The translations under genes were made by a program, and so were the position numbers. From Candidatus Aenigmatarchaeota archaeon (GTDB lineage Archaea > Aenigmatarchaeota > Aenigmatarchaeia > GW2011-AR5), in NCBI GenBank assembly GCA_016198685.1, contig JACQID010000007.1, forward strand, positions 28,695 to 92,694: 64,000 nt of DNA. The letters run 5' to 3'. The notes below the pieces were generated by a model. It was given only the letters and a program-made list of their open reading frames with translations, ran no database searches and was not told the DNA's origin. Below, piece by piece: positions 27,904-37,351 of this stretch (position 1 is its first letter; the number at the start of each line of letters is the position of its first letter).

Positions 27904-29028
27904 ATGGTAGAGTTTGACGAGTTCGGCCCGGAGAAGATTCTGGAAGTCTATGATCCCAAGACCGGCATGCGGGGGTTCACTGTAATTGACAATACCGCTC
28001 TTGGCCCTGCAAAAGGAGGGATACGAATGACCCCTTCCGTTTCTATTCACGAGGTGGCCAAGCTTGCGAGGACCATGACGTGGAAATGCGCCATGGCAGA
28101 ATTGCCTTTTGGCGGCGGGAAGTCAGGCATAATAGCAGATGACAGAAAGATAGACCGCGACAAAAAGATGGAAATAATACGTGCTTTTGCAAAGGCAATA
28201 AAAGTTGTCTGCCCCTCGCAATATGTAGCTGCGCCTGACATGAACACAGGCGAGGCTGAAATGGCGGAATTTGCATTGGCAAATGGCAGAATGAATTCGA
28301 CTACAGGAAAGCCGGCTACCATGTGCGTGCGTCCAGGTGTCAAATGCGGGATACCCCACGAATACGGCTCAACAGGTTATGGCGTATTCCATGCTACAAA
28401 AGTCGCAGCAGAACATCTGAAGATAAGCCTCAAAGGCATGACAGTTTCAATAGAAGGATTTGGCAATGTAGGAACGTTTGCCATGAAATATCTTACAGAA
28501 AGCGGCGCGAAAGTCGTGGGAATTTCCGATTCAAAAGGCACAGTCTATTTGGCTGAAGGCTTTGATTATAACAAGATGATGGATGTAAAGGCATCGCAGG
28601 GCACAGTAACGAAATATCCTGGAGCCAAGATGCTTGATACTTCGGCGGTGTTTGAACTGCCTGTTGATGCAGTGATACCGGCAGCTATACCTAATTCAAT
28701 CACTGAAAAAAATATGAATAAAATTAAAGCAAAAATATTAGTTGAAGCCGCTAATATACCCATGACACCGGAAATTGAAGAAAGATTCCATGCAAAAGGT
28801 GTGATTGTTATACCCGATTTCATCGCCAATGCAGGTGGCGTAATTTCCAGCTATGCAGAATACGTCGGAAAAAACCCCGAAGAGATGCTGAAACTCGTCG
28901 AGAAAAAAATAGTCAAAAATACAAGACTTGTCCTCGAAGAGGCGAAAAAAACTAAAGTAAGCCCGAGAACCTCTGGCATGGGCATAGCTATGCGCCGTGT
29001 ACGCGAAGCCATGAAAAAGAATCGTTAA
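27904..29028 (+). CDS. Glu/Leu/Phe/Val dehydrogenase (glutamate dehydrogenase-like)
   Basis: GPAKGGIR, GGGKSG, APDMNT, EGFGNVG, EAANIP and PDFIANAGGV. Confidence 0.93.
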   Translation: MVEFDEFGPEKILEVYDPKTGMRGFTVIDNTALGPAKGGIRMTPSVSIHEVAKLARTMTWKCAMAELPFGGGKSGIIADDRKIDRDKKMEIIRAFAKAIKVVCPSQYVAAPDMNTGEAEMAEFALANGRMNSTTGKPATMCVRPGVKCGIPHEYGSTGYGVFHATKVAAEHLKISLKGMTVSIEGFGNVGTFAMKYLTESGAKVVGISDSKGTVYLAEGFDYNKMMDVKASQGTVTKYPGAKMLDTSAVFELPVDAVIPAAIPNSITEKNMNKIKAKILVEAANIPMTPEIEERFHAKGVIVIPDFIANAGGVISSYAEYVGKNPEEMLKLVEKKIVKNTRLVLEEAKKTKVSPRTSGMGIAMRRVREAMKKNR

Positions 29029-29426
29029 CTCGTGTATTCAGGAGTGTCCTGCAATCCGGCCTTCAGCTGTTCAGGTGTGAATCTTTTCTTCCCGTTTGAC
29101 TCCCATTCTTTCAGTACGCTAAGGCATTTTTGGCCCTTGCCCATATCAATGGGATAGAAAGTCATCTTTTCTTTCGCAGGCCGGGTTATTCCCAGATGAC
29201 GGGAATTTTTCTCTTGTCCGTCTGACAGGATTCCAGCATACTGGAATAGTTCCCGATAGCAGACCGCAGTATCGCCTGTGCCTAGCATCGCCATAGTGAC
29301 ATAGCGTATATTATCATTGGAATGATCTCCACGATAATTTTTGCGAAGGGGAGTGCCCATGCATGTGCTTAATTTATCTTTCGTGGTTTTTGTACTGTAT
29401 TGCTTTTCGTCATGATGGAAGTCCAT
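29025..29426 (-). CDS. Hypothetical protein
   Basis: 133-aa ORF converging on gdh with a 4-nt overlap; no recognised motif. Confidence 0.45.
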   Translation of the reverse strand: MDFHHDEKQYSTKTTKDKLSTCMGTPLRKNYRGDHSNDNIRYVTMAMLGTGDTAVCYRELFQYAGILSDGQEKNSRHLGITRPAKEKMTFYPIDMGKGQKCLSVLKEWESNGKKRFTPEQLKAGLQDTPEYTS

Positions 29427-29494
29427 AGAATATAATTTGCAAGGATTTATTTATTGAAATTCATTTTTATATGCCAGTCGTCCAATAATTGTTA

Positions 29495-30793
29495 ATGACC
29501 AAGTTCATCTGCCGCCGCCCGGGTCCGAAATCCGTTGCAATAATCCGTCGCGACGACAAGATATCTTCCCCGTCGCTTACAAGGGAATATTCTTTCGTGT
29601 ACAAGAAAGCGAAGGGCATGAATATCTGGGACGTAGACGGAAGAAAATACCTCGATTTTTCTGCCTCGGTTGCTGTCATGGGTGTCGGCCACACAGATAC
29701 GTCGGTTGCCAAAGCGATAACAAAACAGGCCAAAATAGGATTCCATTGCGGCTTTTCGGATTTTTATGCCGAAGTTCCAGTGCAGTTTTGTGAAACTATA
29801 CTAAAACACGCAAAAGGGTTTGACAGAATTTTTCTTTCAAATTCAGGCACAGAAAGCGTGGAAGCTGCTTACAAGCTTGCCCGATGGCACTCAAAGAAAA
29901 AGTGGACGATAGCTTTCAAGCCTTCATTTCACGGAAGAACCATGGGCTCGTTGTCGCTGACGAATTCAAGACCCATACATAGAGACCGTTTCAGTCCGTT
30001 CATGCCGACAACGCATGTTCCTTATCCATACCTTTATAGGTCGCCTTATCATGGAAACGAGAACGAACAGGCAATGCGATATTTGGATAATGTTGAAAAC
30101 GCGATGAAGAGAGACAAAGGAGATGTTGCCTCCATATTCTTCGAGCCTATATGCGGGGAAGGCGGATACATAGTGCCGCCAAAAGCCTTTGTCAGGGGCT
30201 TGCGAAAACTTTGCAATCAATACGGAGTTCTGCTCTGCGCAGATGAAGTGCAGTCAGGCTGCTACCGCACAGGCAAATTCATGGCCATGGAGAATTTCGG
30301 CGTCAGGGCCGATATAGTTTCCATGAGCAAGGCCATAGGAGGCGGCATACCGCTCGGGGCGACGCTTTCAAGCAATAAGGTAATGAACTGGCCTTCTGGC
30401 GCGCATGCAAATACATTTGGAGGCAATCTGATAGCATGCGCTGCCGGCATTGCGACCTTGGGCCAGATGAAAAACAAGAAGCTCGGAGCCAATGCGGCAA
30501 AGATAGGAAAGATGATGCTCAAGCGGCTTCATGAAATGAAGCAAACTCATGATCTCATAGGCGATGTGCGTGGAATCGGGTTGATGATAGGTATCGAAAT
30601 CGTGAACGGGAAGGCGAATGATGAAGTTAAAAGCTCGCAGATACTCTGCAAGGCCGCTGAGAAAGGCTTGCTCCTTTTGCCCGCGGGAAAAAGCTCGATA
30701 AGGATATGCCCGCCGTTGATTATAAATAAACAGCAGGCAGAGCATGGTTTAGATATTCTCGATGAAGCAATAGGCGAGTGCTATAAGCAATGA
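29495..30793 (+). CDS. Class III PLP aminotransferase (4-aminobutyrate/ornithine type)
   Basis: SGTESVEAA, FHGRTMG, EPICGEGG, DEVQSGCYRTG, SKAIGGG and NTFGGN. Confidence 0.93.
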   Translation: MTKFICRRPGPKSVAIIRRDDKISSPSLTREYSFVYKKAKGMNIWDVDGRKYLDFSASVAVMGVGHTDTSVAKAITKQAKIGFHCGFSDFYAEVPVQFCETILKHAKGFDRIFLSNSGTESVEAAYKLARWHSKKKWTIAFKPSFHGRTMGSLSLTNSRPIHRDRFSPFMPTTHVPYPYLYRSPYHGNENEQAMRYLDNVENAMKRDKGDVASIFFEPICGEGGYIVPPKAFVRGLRKLCNQYGVLLCADEVQSGCYRTGKFMAMENFGVRADIVSMSKAIGGGIPLGATLSSNKVMNWPSGAHANTFGGNLIACAAGIATLGQMKNKKLGANAAKIGKMMLKRLHEMKQTHDLIGDVRGIGLMIGIEIVNGKANDEVKSSQILCKAAEKGLLLLPAGKSSIRICPPLIINKQQAEHGLDILDEAIGECYKQ

Positions 30794-31476
30794 AAATCGC
30801 AATATTCGGCAGGGACAAGGAAGCAATACGGCTTCACAGGAAGGAAGTTAAAGAAGCGTCTTTCATTTACGACGAAAAAAATCCTGATATAGTCGTTTCT
30901 TTAGGGGGGGACGGCACGTTCCTGATGTCCGAGCGCCTTTACCCCGGGATCCCGAAAATTCTTGTGAGAGGCCATAATATCTGCGTAAAATGCGAAGCGG
31001 GACCGCTGTCAGAAATTCTGCAAAATCTGAAGGCAGGAAAATACAGGATTGAAGAATACAGGAAACTGGAAGCGGAGTGGAGAGGAAAAAAGATTCTTGC
31101 AGTCAATGACATAGTCATAAGGAACAAGAGGCCGATCCACGCCATTCGCTTCCTTGTCTTTGCCAACGACAAACAGGAGGGCGGAGAATTCATAGGAGAT
31201 GGAGTCGTGATCTCAAGTCCCTTCGGTTCCACTGCTTACTATTATTCAATCACTAAGAGAACTTTCAAGAAAGGACTCGGCATAGCATTCAATAATCTGG
31301 CAAAAAAGACGGATCACATGATCGTGCCTGAAAATTCGGCCGTGGAAATAAAGCTCAGCCGCGGGGACGCCACTTTCTCCTGGGACAACAACGAGGAAAT
31401 TGTAGCCATGAGGACGGGCGAATCCGTAAGAATCAAAATGTCCGACAAGGTTGCAAGGATTATCAGGATGAAGTGA
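30790..31476 (+). CDS. NAD(+) kinase
   Basis: SLGGDGTFL, AVNDIVI and GDGVVISSPFGSTAY. Confidence 0.9.
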   Translation: MKIAIFGRDKEAIRLHRKEVKEASFIYDEKNPDIVVSLGGDGTFLMSERLYPGIPKILVRGHNICVKCEAGPLSEILQNLKAGKYRIEEYRKLEAEWRGKKILAVNDIVIRNKRPIHAIRFLVFANDKQEGGEFIGDGVVISSPFGSTAYYYSITKRTFKKGLGIAFNNLAKKTDHMIVPENSAVEIKLSRGDATFSWDNNEEIVAMRTGESVRIKMSDKVARIIRMK

Positions 31477-31477
31477 T

Positions 31478-32080
31478 TCACTTGAAAACCATGCCCGCCT
31501 CTTCCGCCCAGAACAGAAGGTCCATGTGTTCCATGGGCATTTTCACTTTCCTGGAAAATTCACGCATCTTTTCTTCTATTTCCATGTAGCGTTTCTTGGT
31601 CATGGTCTTGGGTATTTCATTTATTGCCCCGTGCTTCAGAAGATTTTTTAGAATATGGCGATCAAGTATGGCGATGTTTTTGCCGTTGCCCACATTTCGC
31701 AGGAAGTGCGACGCTTCCTTGTAGCCGATGCCGCGGATGTTCGTGACAAGCCATTCTCTGCCTTCGGTTGGCGGCATTGCGACTACACGAGGCAAAACTT
31801 GCATGTGCTTGCGTGCTTCTACTATGTTGCGCGACTTTTGGTTATGGAATCGCACGCCTCTTACGCATGCTTTCACAGCATCTTCGGTCCCGTCAAACAG
31901 CACGCTCTGCCTCATCATTTCTTTTAATGAAGAATCGCAATTCACGGCCTTGGATTGGGGAGTAAGAAGGCAGAATGCGAGCTCTGGAAAAAGCGTTTCT
32001 GGCGTTCTGGGAATGGCAGCAAAGTCGGCAAGACGTGATATTATTTCGTTCTTTCTGCGTGAATAAGATGCAACAAACAT
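31478..32080 (-). CDS. ogg: 8-oxoguanine N-glycosylase/DNA lyase (archaeal OGG2 type)
   Basis: ELAFCLLT, GVRFHNQK, GIGYKEASHFLRNVG and AILDRHI. Confidence 0.92.
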   Translation of the reverse strand: MFVASYSRRKNEIISRLADFAAIPRTPETLFPELAFCLLTPQSKAVNCDSSLKEMMRQSVLFDGTEDAVKACVRGVRFHNQKSRNIVEARKHMQVLPRVVAMPPTEGREWLVTNIRGIGYKEASHFLRNVGNGKNIAILDRHILKNLLKHGAINEIPKTMTKKRYMEIEEKMREFSRKVKMPMEHMDLLFWAEEAGMVFK

Positions 32081-32143
32081 AGATTTCTTTTTTCATTCCT
32101 CTATTTATTCCATTACTATGCTTGCATGGCAGAAAAGCTCTAT

Positions 32144-32758
32144 TTATTCCATTACTATCCTTGCATCGGCAACCTTTGCGTTCCTTGTTCCGACAATAAG
32201 CGGGTTGATGTCCATCTCGGCAATTTTATGCCTTCTGCATATTTGCGATATTTTCACTATCGCTTTCTTCAGGGCATTGATATCGGCATTAGCCGAGCCT
32301 CTAAAGCCGTATAGAAGTTTCTTCATCTTCAATTCCCCAATCATCTGTGCGGCATCTTTTTCGGTTACAGGGCATATTCTGAAGGAAACGTCTCTAATCA
32401 ATTCTACAAGTGTGCCGCCCGTTCCTATCATTATGGCATGGCCAAATGCCGGATCTTTCTTTACTCCTATGATCATTTCGACGCCTTGCAGGTATTCCTG
32501 CATGATTATCGAATAAGGCGCGAGCTTCCTTTTCTTTGCGATAGCGACAAGCGCTTCATATGCATCCTTGGCGTCTTCGTTCCTTTTCACGACTACAACG
32601 CCGCCTATATCGGTTTTATGAAGAGCTTTTTCCGAAACGATTTTCAGAACAAACGGAGGCTTCCAGAATCCAGCGGCTTTTTTCACCACAGTGCTTTTGG
32701 CAACAGAAACGTATTTTTTAAGGAACGTCTCGGCCTCTCTTTCAGCAAGAACTTTCAT
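32144..32758 (-). CDS. ADP-forming acetyl-CoA synthetase, beta (ATP-grasp) subunit
   Basis: VLKIVS...HKTDIGGV, DPAFGHAIMIGTGG and EMDINPL. Confidence 0.9.
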   Translation of the reverse strand: MKVLAEREAETFLKKYVSVAKSTVVKKAAGFWKPPFVLKIVSEKALHKTDIGGVVVVKRNEDAKDAYEALVAIAKKRKLAPYSIIMQEYLQGVEMIIGVKKDPAFGHAIMIGTGGTLVELIRDVSFRICPVTEKDAAQMIGELKMKKLLYGFRGSANADINALKKAIVKISQICRRHKIAEMDINPLIVGTRNAKVADARIVME

Positions 32759-32822
32759 CCTTTTAATTGTGGACGGCCAAATAAATCTTTAAGTTTCGGT
32801 TTAGGAATTCTATATTGGTAGC

Positions 32823-34181
32823 ATGAATTTTGACCCGTTCTTCAAGGCAAAGAGCATTGCCGTCATCGGAGCCTCGCGGGAGAGCGGAAAGGTAGGCAAT
32901 GTCATAATACGCAATCTTGTAGATGGCCGCTATGGGGGGAAGATATTCCCTATAAACCCGAAGGCAAATGAGATTTTGGGCCTAAAAACCTATGATTCAG
33001 TCGCATCTGTGCAAGAAAAAATAGAATTAGCGGTTATTGCCGTGCCAACAGAGCTTGTTTTCAGGGTTCTTGACGAATGCAGGAAGAAAAACGTCAAGAA
33101 TGTCATTATAGTTACTGCGGGTTTCAGGGAAGTGGGCAACTCAGAAGGGGAAGAAAAACTCAAGAAAATGCTCAAGCAATACAAAATCAGGGCGATTGGT
33201 CCCAATTGCCTTGGCACTTTCAATTCATATACGAGACTGGACACGATGTTTTTGCCGAGGTACAGGCTCACGAGGCCCGGAAAGGGCGGGATTTCATTCA
33301 TCTGCCAGTCTGGTGCCGTGGGCTCGGCAATCCTGGATTTGGCGACATCGCATGGATATGGATTCGCCAAGTTCGCAAGTTATGGAAATGCCACTGACGT
33401 AGACGAGTCGGATCTCCTTGAGTACATGGGCAATGACAGGGACACGAAAGTCGTATGCATGTATATTGAGGGTGTCAAGGACGGCAAGAAATTCCTGGAA
33501 ACAGCAAAGAGGGTAACAAAGAAAAAACCTGTCATAGTCATAAAAGGCGGCATTACGGCCCAGGGCTCTCACGCCATTCTATCGCATACAGGCTCTCTTG
33601 CCGGTTCTGCCGACATATATTTTGGGGCATTCAAGCAAGGCGGAATAATACGGGCAGATTCGCTATATGATATGTTCAACTATGCAAGGGTTCTTGAAAC
33701 ATGCGTGCGGCCAAAGGGCAGACGCGTGCAGATAATCACGAATGGCGGCGGTTATGGTGTTCTGAGCACTGACTACATAGTGGCTAACGGCCTTCAGATG
33801 GCTGAAATGAAAGAGGCAACGCGAAAATCCTTGCGAAGCCAGTTTCCTAAAATCGTGAATATAGGAAACCCGCTCGATCTTGTCGGGGACGCTACAACCG
33901 AGAGGTACAGGATTGCGATGGAAGCTGCACTTGGGGATGATGCCATTGATTCAATACTGCTTATAGCATTATACCAGACGCCTCGCATAACCACAGACAT
34001 CGTAGATATGATAGTTGAAATGAATGACAGAAAAAAGAAGCCCATAATTGTTGTCTCGACAGGCGGCGAGTTCACGGAGCTTCTGAGCAAGAACCTGGAA
34101 GCGAACGGCATACCAACCTTTGAGTATCCGGAGGCAGCAGTGCGCTCAATAACCGCTTTGACGGAGTATTACGGCAAGTGA
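32823..34181 (+). CDS. ADP-forming acetyl-CoA synthetase, alpha subunit
   Basis: IAVIGAS...GKVG, IGPNCLG, QSGA, SHTGSLAG (phospho-His) and NPLDLVGDA. Confidence 0.93.
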   Translation: MNFDPFFKAKSIAVIGASRESGKVGNVIIRNLVDGRYGGKIFPINPKANEILGLKTYDSVASVQEKIELAVIAVPTELVFRVLDECRKKNVKNVIIVTAGFREVGNSEGEEKLKKMLKQYKIRAIGPNCLGTFNSYTRLDTMFLPRYRLTRPGKGGISFICQSGAVGSAILDLATSHGYGFAKFASYGNATDVDESDLLEYMGNDRDTKVVCMYIEGVKDGKKFLETAKRVTKKKPVIVIKGGITAQGSHAILSHTGSLAGSADIYFGAFKQGGIIRADSLYDMFNYARVLETCVRPKGRRVQIITNGGGYGVLSTDYIVANGLQMAEMKEATRKSLRSQFPKIVNIGNPLDLVGDATTERYRIAMEAALGDDAIDSILLIALYQTPRITTDIVDMIVEMNDRKKKPIIVVSTGGEFTELLSKNLEANGIPTFEYPEAAVRSITALTEYYGK

Positions 34182-34221
34182 TGACATATGCGATTTTTAA
34201 GCATAATAGATTATTAGCTTT

Positions 34222-34581
34222 ATGAAGAACGAACTTGAACTGGTTCAAAAATTCCACGAAAAATTCAAGGCGCCTGTGCTTGGGAAGCCGTCGCTGATCC
34301 CGAAGGACCGGTCTGAACACAGGCACCGCATGATGAAGGATGAAGTGGAAGAATATGCGGAGGGCGTTGAAAAGGGAGACCTTGAAAATATTGCAAAGGA
34401 ACTTGCAGACATACTTTACGTAGTATATGGAACGATTCTGGAGCATGGCTTGCAGGACAAGATGGAAGCTGTGTTTGAGGAAGTCCACAAGTCCAACATG
34501 AGCAAGGACTACCATCAATACAAGATGGTCAAAGGGCCGAAATATGTCAAGGCCGATGTGGGGAAGATATTGAAAGAATAG
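34222..34581 (+). CDS. MazG-like/PRA-PH NTP pyrophosphohydrolase
   Basis: DEVEEY, KELADILYV, EVHKSNMSK and KGPKY. Confidence 0.8.
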   Translation: MKNELELVQKFHEKFKAPVLGKPSLIPKDRSEHRHRMMKDEVEEYAEGVEKGDLENIAKELADILYVVYGTILEHGLQDKMEAVFEEVHKSNMSKDYHQYKMVKGPKYVKADVGKILKE

Positions 34582-34643
34582 AAAATCGGGTGTCGTTTGT
34601 TTAAGCATCGTGTATGGTTTTGTTTTTAATAGCATTTTTATAG

Positions 34644-34928
34644 ATGTGCAAGGAAATAAAAATCATGGGAGATCTCATTGAATTCTATGGAACGGAATGC
34701 CACTTCTGCGTGCAGATGGCGCCGCTGGTCGAGCGTCTTGAAAAAGAGGAAGGCGTTAAGCTCGATAAGGTCGAAGTCTGGCACAACCAGGCAAATGCGC
34801 GCATGTTCATGGAAATAGACAAGGGAAGATGCGGAGGAGTCCCCTTTTTCTACAACAAGAAGACCGGCAAGTTCATCTGCGGCGCAACAGATTACGATAA
34901 TTTCAAGAAATGGGCGTTAGGGAAGTAA
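34644..34928 (+). CDS. Thioredoxin-like protein
   Basis: FYGTECHFC and CGGVPFFYNKKTGKFICGA. Confidence 0.8.
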   Translation: MCKEIKIMGDLIEFYGTECHFCVQMAPLVERLEKEEGVKLDKVEVWHNQANARMFMEIDKGRCGGVPFFYNKKTGKFICGATDYDNFKKWALGK

Positions 34929-34963
34929 ACGGGTTTTAATAATCTGGTTGTTAAAATGAATGG

Positions 34964-35290
34964 ATGGCAGACGATTATACGCCTTTACTTCCGGGCATGA
35001 GAAATGCAGGAAATCCTCCGAATATAGGAGATATGGTAGCGTACTTTCCTTCTGGTTCCGCAAATCCTGTTTATGGCGTGGTGATAGAGCCAAGAAATGG
35101 CGGTGGAGTCTATTCTGTGCTAATGTATAACGAAGAGATCTTTGTTTTGAACGCGGATGCGTTGCATGTGATAGATCCGGACAAAGAGGCGGCTTATTTG
35201 GAATGCTCAACAAATATCCAAATAGAAGCGATACGGTCAAGAACCGCGAAGATGATAGATTTTCTTGCCAAGGGACGGAAAAAACTTTAA
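34964..35290 (+). CDS. Hypothetical protein
   Basis: 108-aa ORF with a beta-rich N-terminus; no recognised motif. Confidence 0.45.
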   Translation: MADDYTPLLPGMRNAGNPPNIGDMVAYFPSGSANPVYGVVIEPRNGGGVYSVLMYNEEIFVLNADALHVIDPDKEAAYLECSTNIQIEAIRSRTAKMIDFLAKGRKKL

Positions 35291-35314
35291 GTCTGTCCGG
35301 CTGGAAATACTATC

Positions 35315-36391
35315 ATGCCGGAGAAAATTGCAGCAAGTTTTCAAATTCCTTATTTCCAAATCATGGACGAAACAGGCGCTATTGATAAAAATCTGATGCC
35401 GGTTGTTGACAAGGATGCCATAAACGCGATGTACAGGGTGATGGTGCTTGCCCGTGTGCTTGATGAAACTATGCTGAAGCTTCAGCGGGAAGGGCGTTGC
35501 GGCGTTTATGCGCCTCTTCGCGGGCAGGAGGCGTCGCAGGTCGGCGCATCTTCAGTGCTATTGAAAGACGACTGGCTCTTCCCCATATACAGGGACGCCG
35601 CAGCCATGCTGCTCAAGGGCATGCCGGCCAAATTGATAATACAATACTTCAAGGGCGACGAGCGGGGGATGAATATACCGAAAGGAGTCAACATATTTCC
35701 TTTTGCGATCCCTGTTTCGACGCAAAACCCTCATGCAGTAGGCGCCGCCATGGCAGCTAAGATGCGGGGCGACAAAACTGTTGTCATGGTTTTCCTTGGC
35801 GATGGAGCATCGTCAAAAGGCGATTTTTACGAAGCCATGAATTTTGCAGGCGTGTTCAAAGCTCCTGTTGTATTCGTATGCGAAAATAACCAGTATGCAA
35901 TTTCCGTGCCGCGTTCTCAGCAGACTGCGGCAGAAACAATAGCGCAAAAAGCAATAGCGTGCGGGTTTCCTGGAGTGCAAGTTGACGGCAATGATATATT
36001 TGCCGTTTACAAGGCGGCTTCCGATGCAGTGGCTCGGGCAAGGCAAGGAAACGGCCCTAGCCTTATAGAATGCATGACTTACCGCCTTGCTGACCACACA
36101 ACAGCAGATGATGCCACAAAGTACCGAAATGATGCGGAAGTCAAAGCATGGGAAAAAAAAGATCCCATCCTCCGGATGGAGCGGTACATGCTTGCTAACA
36201 GTCTGATGCATGAAGGTGAATTCCAGGCAATCCGCGAAGAAGCACGCAAAGACGTGGACAAGGCAGTTTCTGAGGCGGAGGCCGAGCCGAGACAGAGGCC
36301 GGAAGACATATTCAACTATATCTACGCGGAGATGCCGCAGAATCTCAAGGAGCAGATGGAGTACATGAAGTCGTTCGGTGAAAAGAAATGA
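35315..36391 (+). CDS. pdhA: 2-oxoacid (pyruvate) dehydrogenase E1 alpha
   Basis: GQEASQVG, GDGASSKGDFYEAMNFA, ENNQYAIS and YRLADHTTADD. Confidence 0.93.
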   Translation: MPEKIAASFQIPYFQIMDETGAIDKNLMPVVDKDAINAMYRVMVLARVLDETMLKLQREGRCGVYAPLRGQEASQVGASSVLLKDDWLFPIYRDAAAMLLKGMPAKLIIQYFKGDERGMNIPKGVNIFPFAIPVSTQNPHAVGAAMAAKMRGDKTVVMVFLGDGASSKGDFYEAMNFAGVFKAPVVFVCENNQYAISVPRSQQTAAETIAQKAIACGFPGVQVDGNDIFAVYKAASDAVARARQGNGPSLIECMTYRLADHTTADDATKYRNDAEVKAWEKKDPILRMERYMLANSLMHEGEFQAIREEARKDVDKAVSEAEAEPRQRPEDIFNYIYAEMPQNLKEQMEYMKSFGEKK

Positions 36392-37350
36392 AAGTCAACA
36401 TGGTCACGGCATTGAATATGGCGCTTGAGCAGGAGATGAAGCGCAACAAGAATGTAATCATCCTAGGGGAAGATGTGGGAAGGGACGGCGGAGTATTCCG
36501 CGTGACCGAAGGGCTTCTTGGAAAATTTCCAGGTCGCGTCATTGACACGCCCTTGGCCGAACTTGGCATCGTCGGCGTTGGCATAGGCATGGCTGTCTAC
36601 GGCATGCGGCCTGTTGCAGAAGTGCAATTTGACGGTTTTGTCCAGCCTGCAATGGACCATATTGTCAATCACATGGCACGGCTAAGGAACAGGACGCGCG
36701 GCAGATACACTGTGCCAATGGTTTTGCGTTTCCCTTATGGTGGAGGAATAAAGGCGCTGGAGCATCATTCTGATTCGCCTGAAACGTTTTTTGTTCATAC
36801 GCCAGGGCTCAAGGTAATCATTCCATCCGGTCCTTACGATGCCAAAGGTCTTCTTGCCTCAGCAATACGCAGCCCCGACCCTGTGATATTTATGGAGCCA
36901 AAACGCATATATCGAGCTATAAAGGAAGATGTGCCCGAAGAGGAATACACAGTGCCTATAGGAGAGGCTAAAGTTCTGCGCGAAGGCGCAGAGATCACGA
37001 TTATTGCCTATGGATCAATGATAAGGGAATGCATTAAAGTAGCAGAAAGTTCTAGTTATAGCATAGAGATAATAGATTTGAGAACGCTAAGTCCGGTTGA
37101 TTTTGCAGCAATAGAAAAGAGCGTCAAAAAAACGGGAAGAGCTGTCATAGTTCACGAAGCTCCGCGTACCCTTGGAATGGGCGCAGAAATTTCAGCTCTC
37201 ATAAACGAAAAGCTGTTGCTCAGCCTGAAAGCGCCTGTCAAGCGGGTAACGGGCTTTGATATCATCATGCCGCTTCCTCAAATGGAGGATTATTATCTTC
37301 CGAACGCAGAGAGAATAACTGCTGCGGTCAAGGAATGCATGGAGTTTTAG
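36388..37350 (+). CDS. pdhB: 2-oxoacid (pyruvate) dehydrogenase E1 beta
   Basis: LGEDVG..GGVFRVT, DTPLAE, ALEHHS and FMEPK. Confidence 0.93.
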   Translation: MKVNMVTALNMALEQEMKRNKNVIILGEDVGRDGGVFRVTEGLLGKFPGRVIDTPLAELGIVGVGIGMAVYGMRPVAEVQFDGFVQPAMDHIVNHMARLRNRTRGRYTVPMVLRFPYGGGIKALEHHSDSPETFFVHTPGLKVIIPSGPYDAKGLLASAIRSPDPVIFMEPKRIYRAIKEDVPEEEYTVPIGEAKVLREGAEITIIAYGSMIRECIKVAESSSYSIEIIDLRTLSPVDFAAIEKSVKKTGRAVIVHEAPRTLGMGAEISALINEKLLLSLKAPVKRVTGFDIIMPLPQMEDYYLPNAERITAAVKECMEF

Positions 37351-37351
37351 C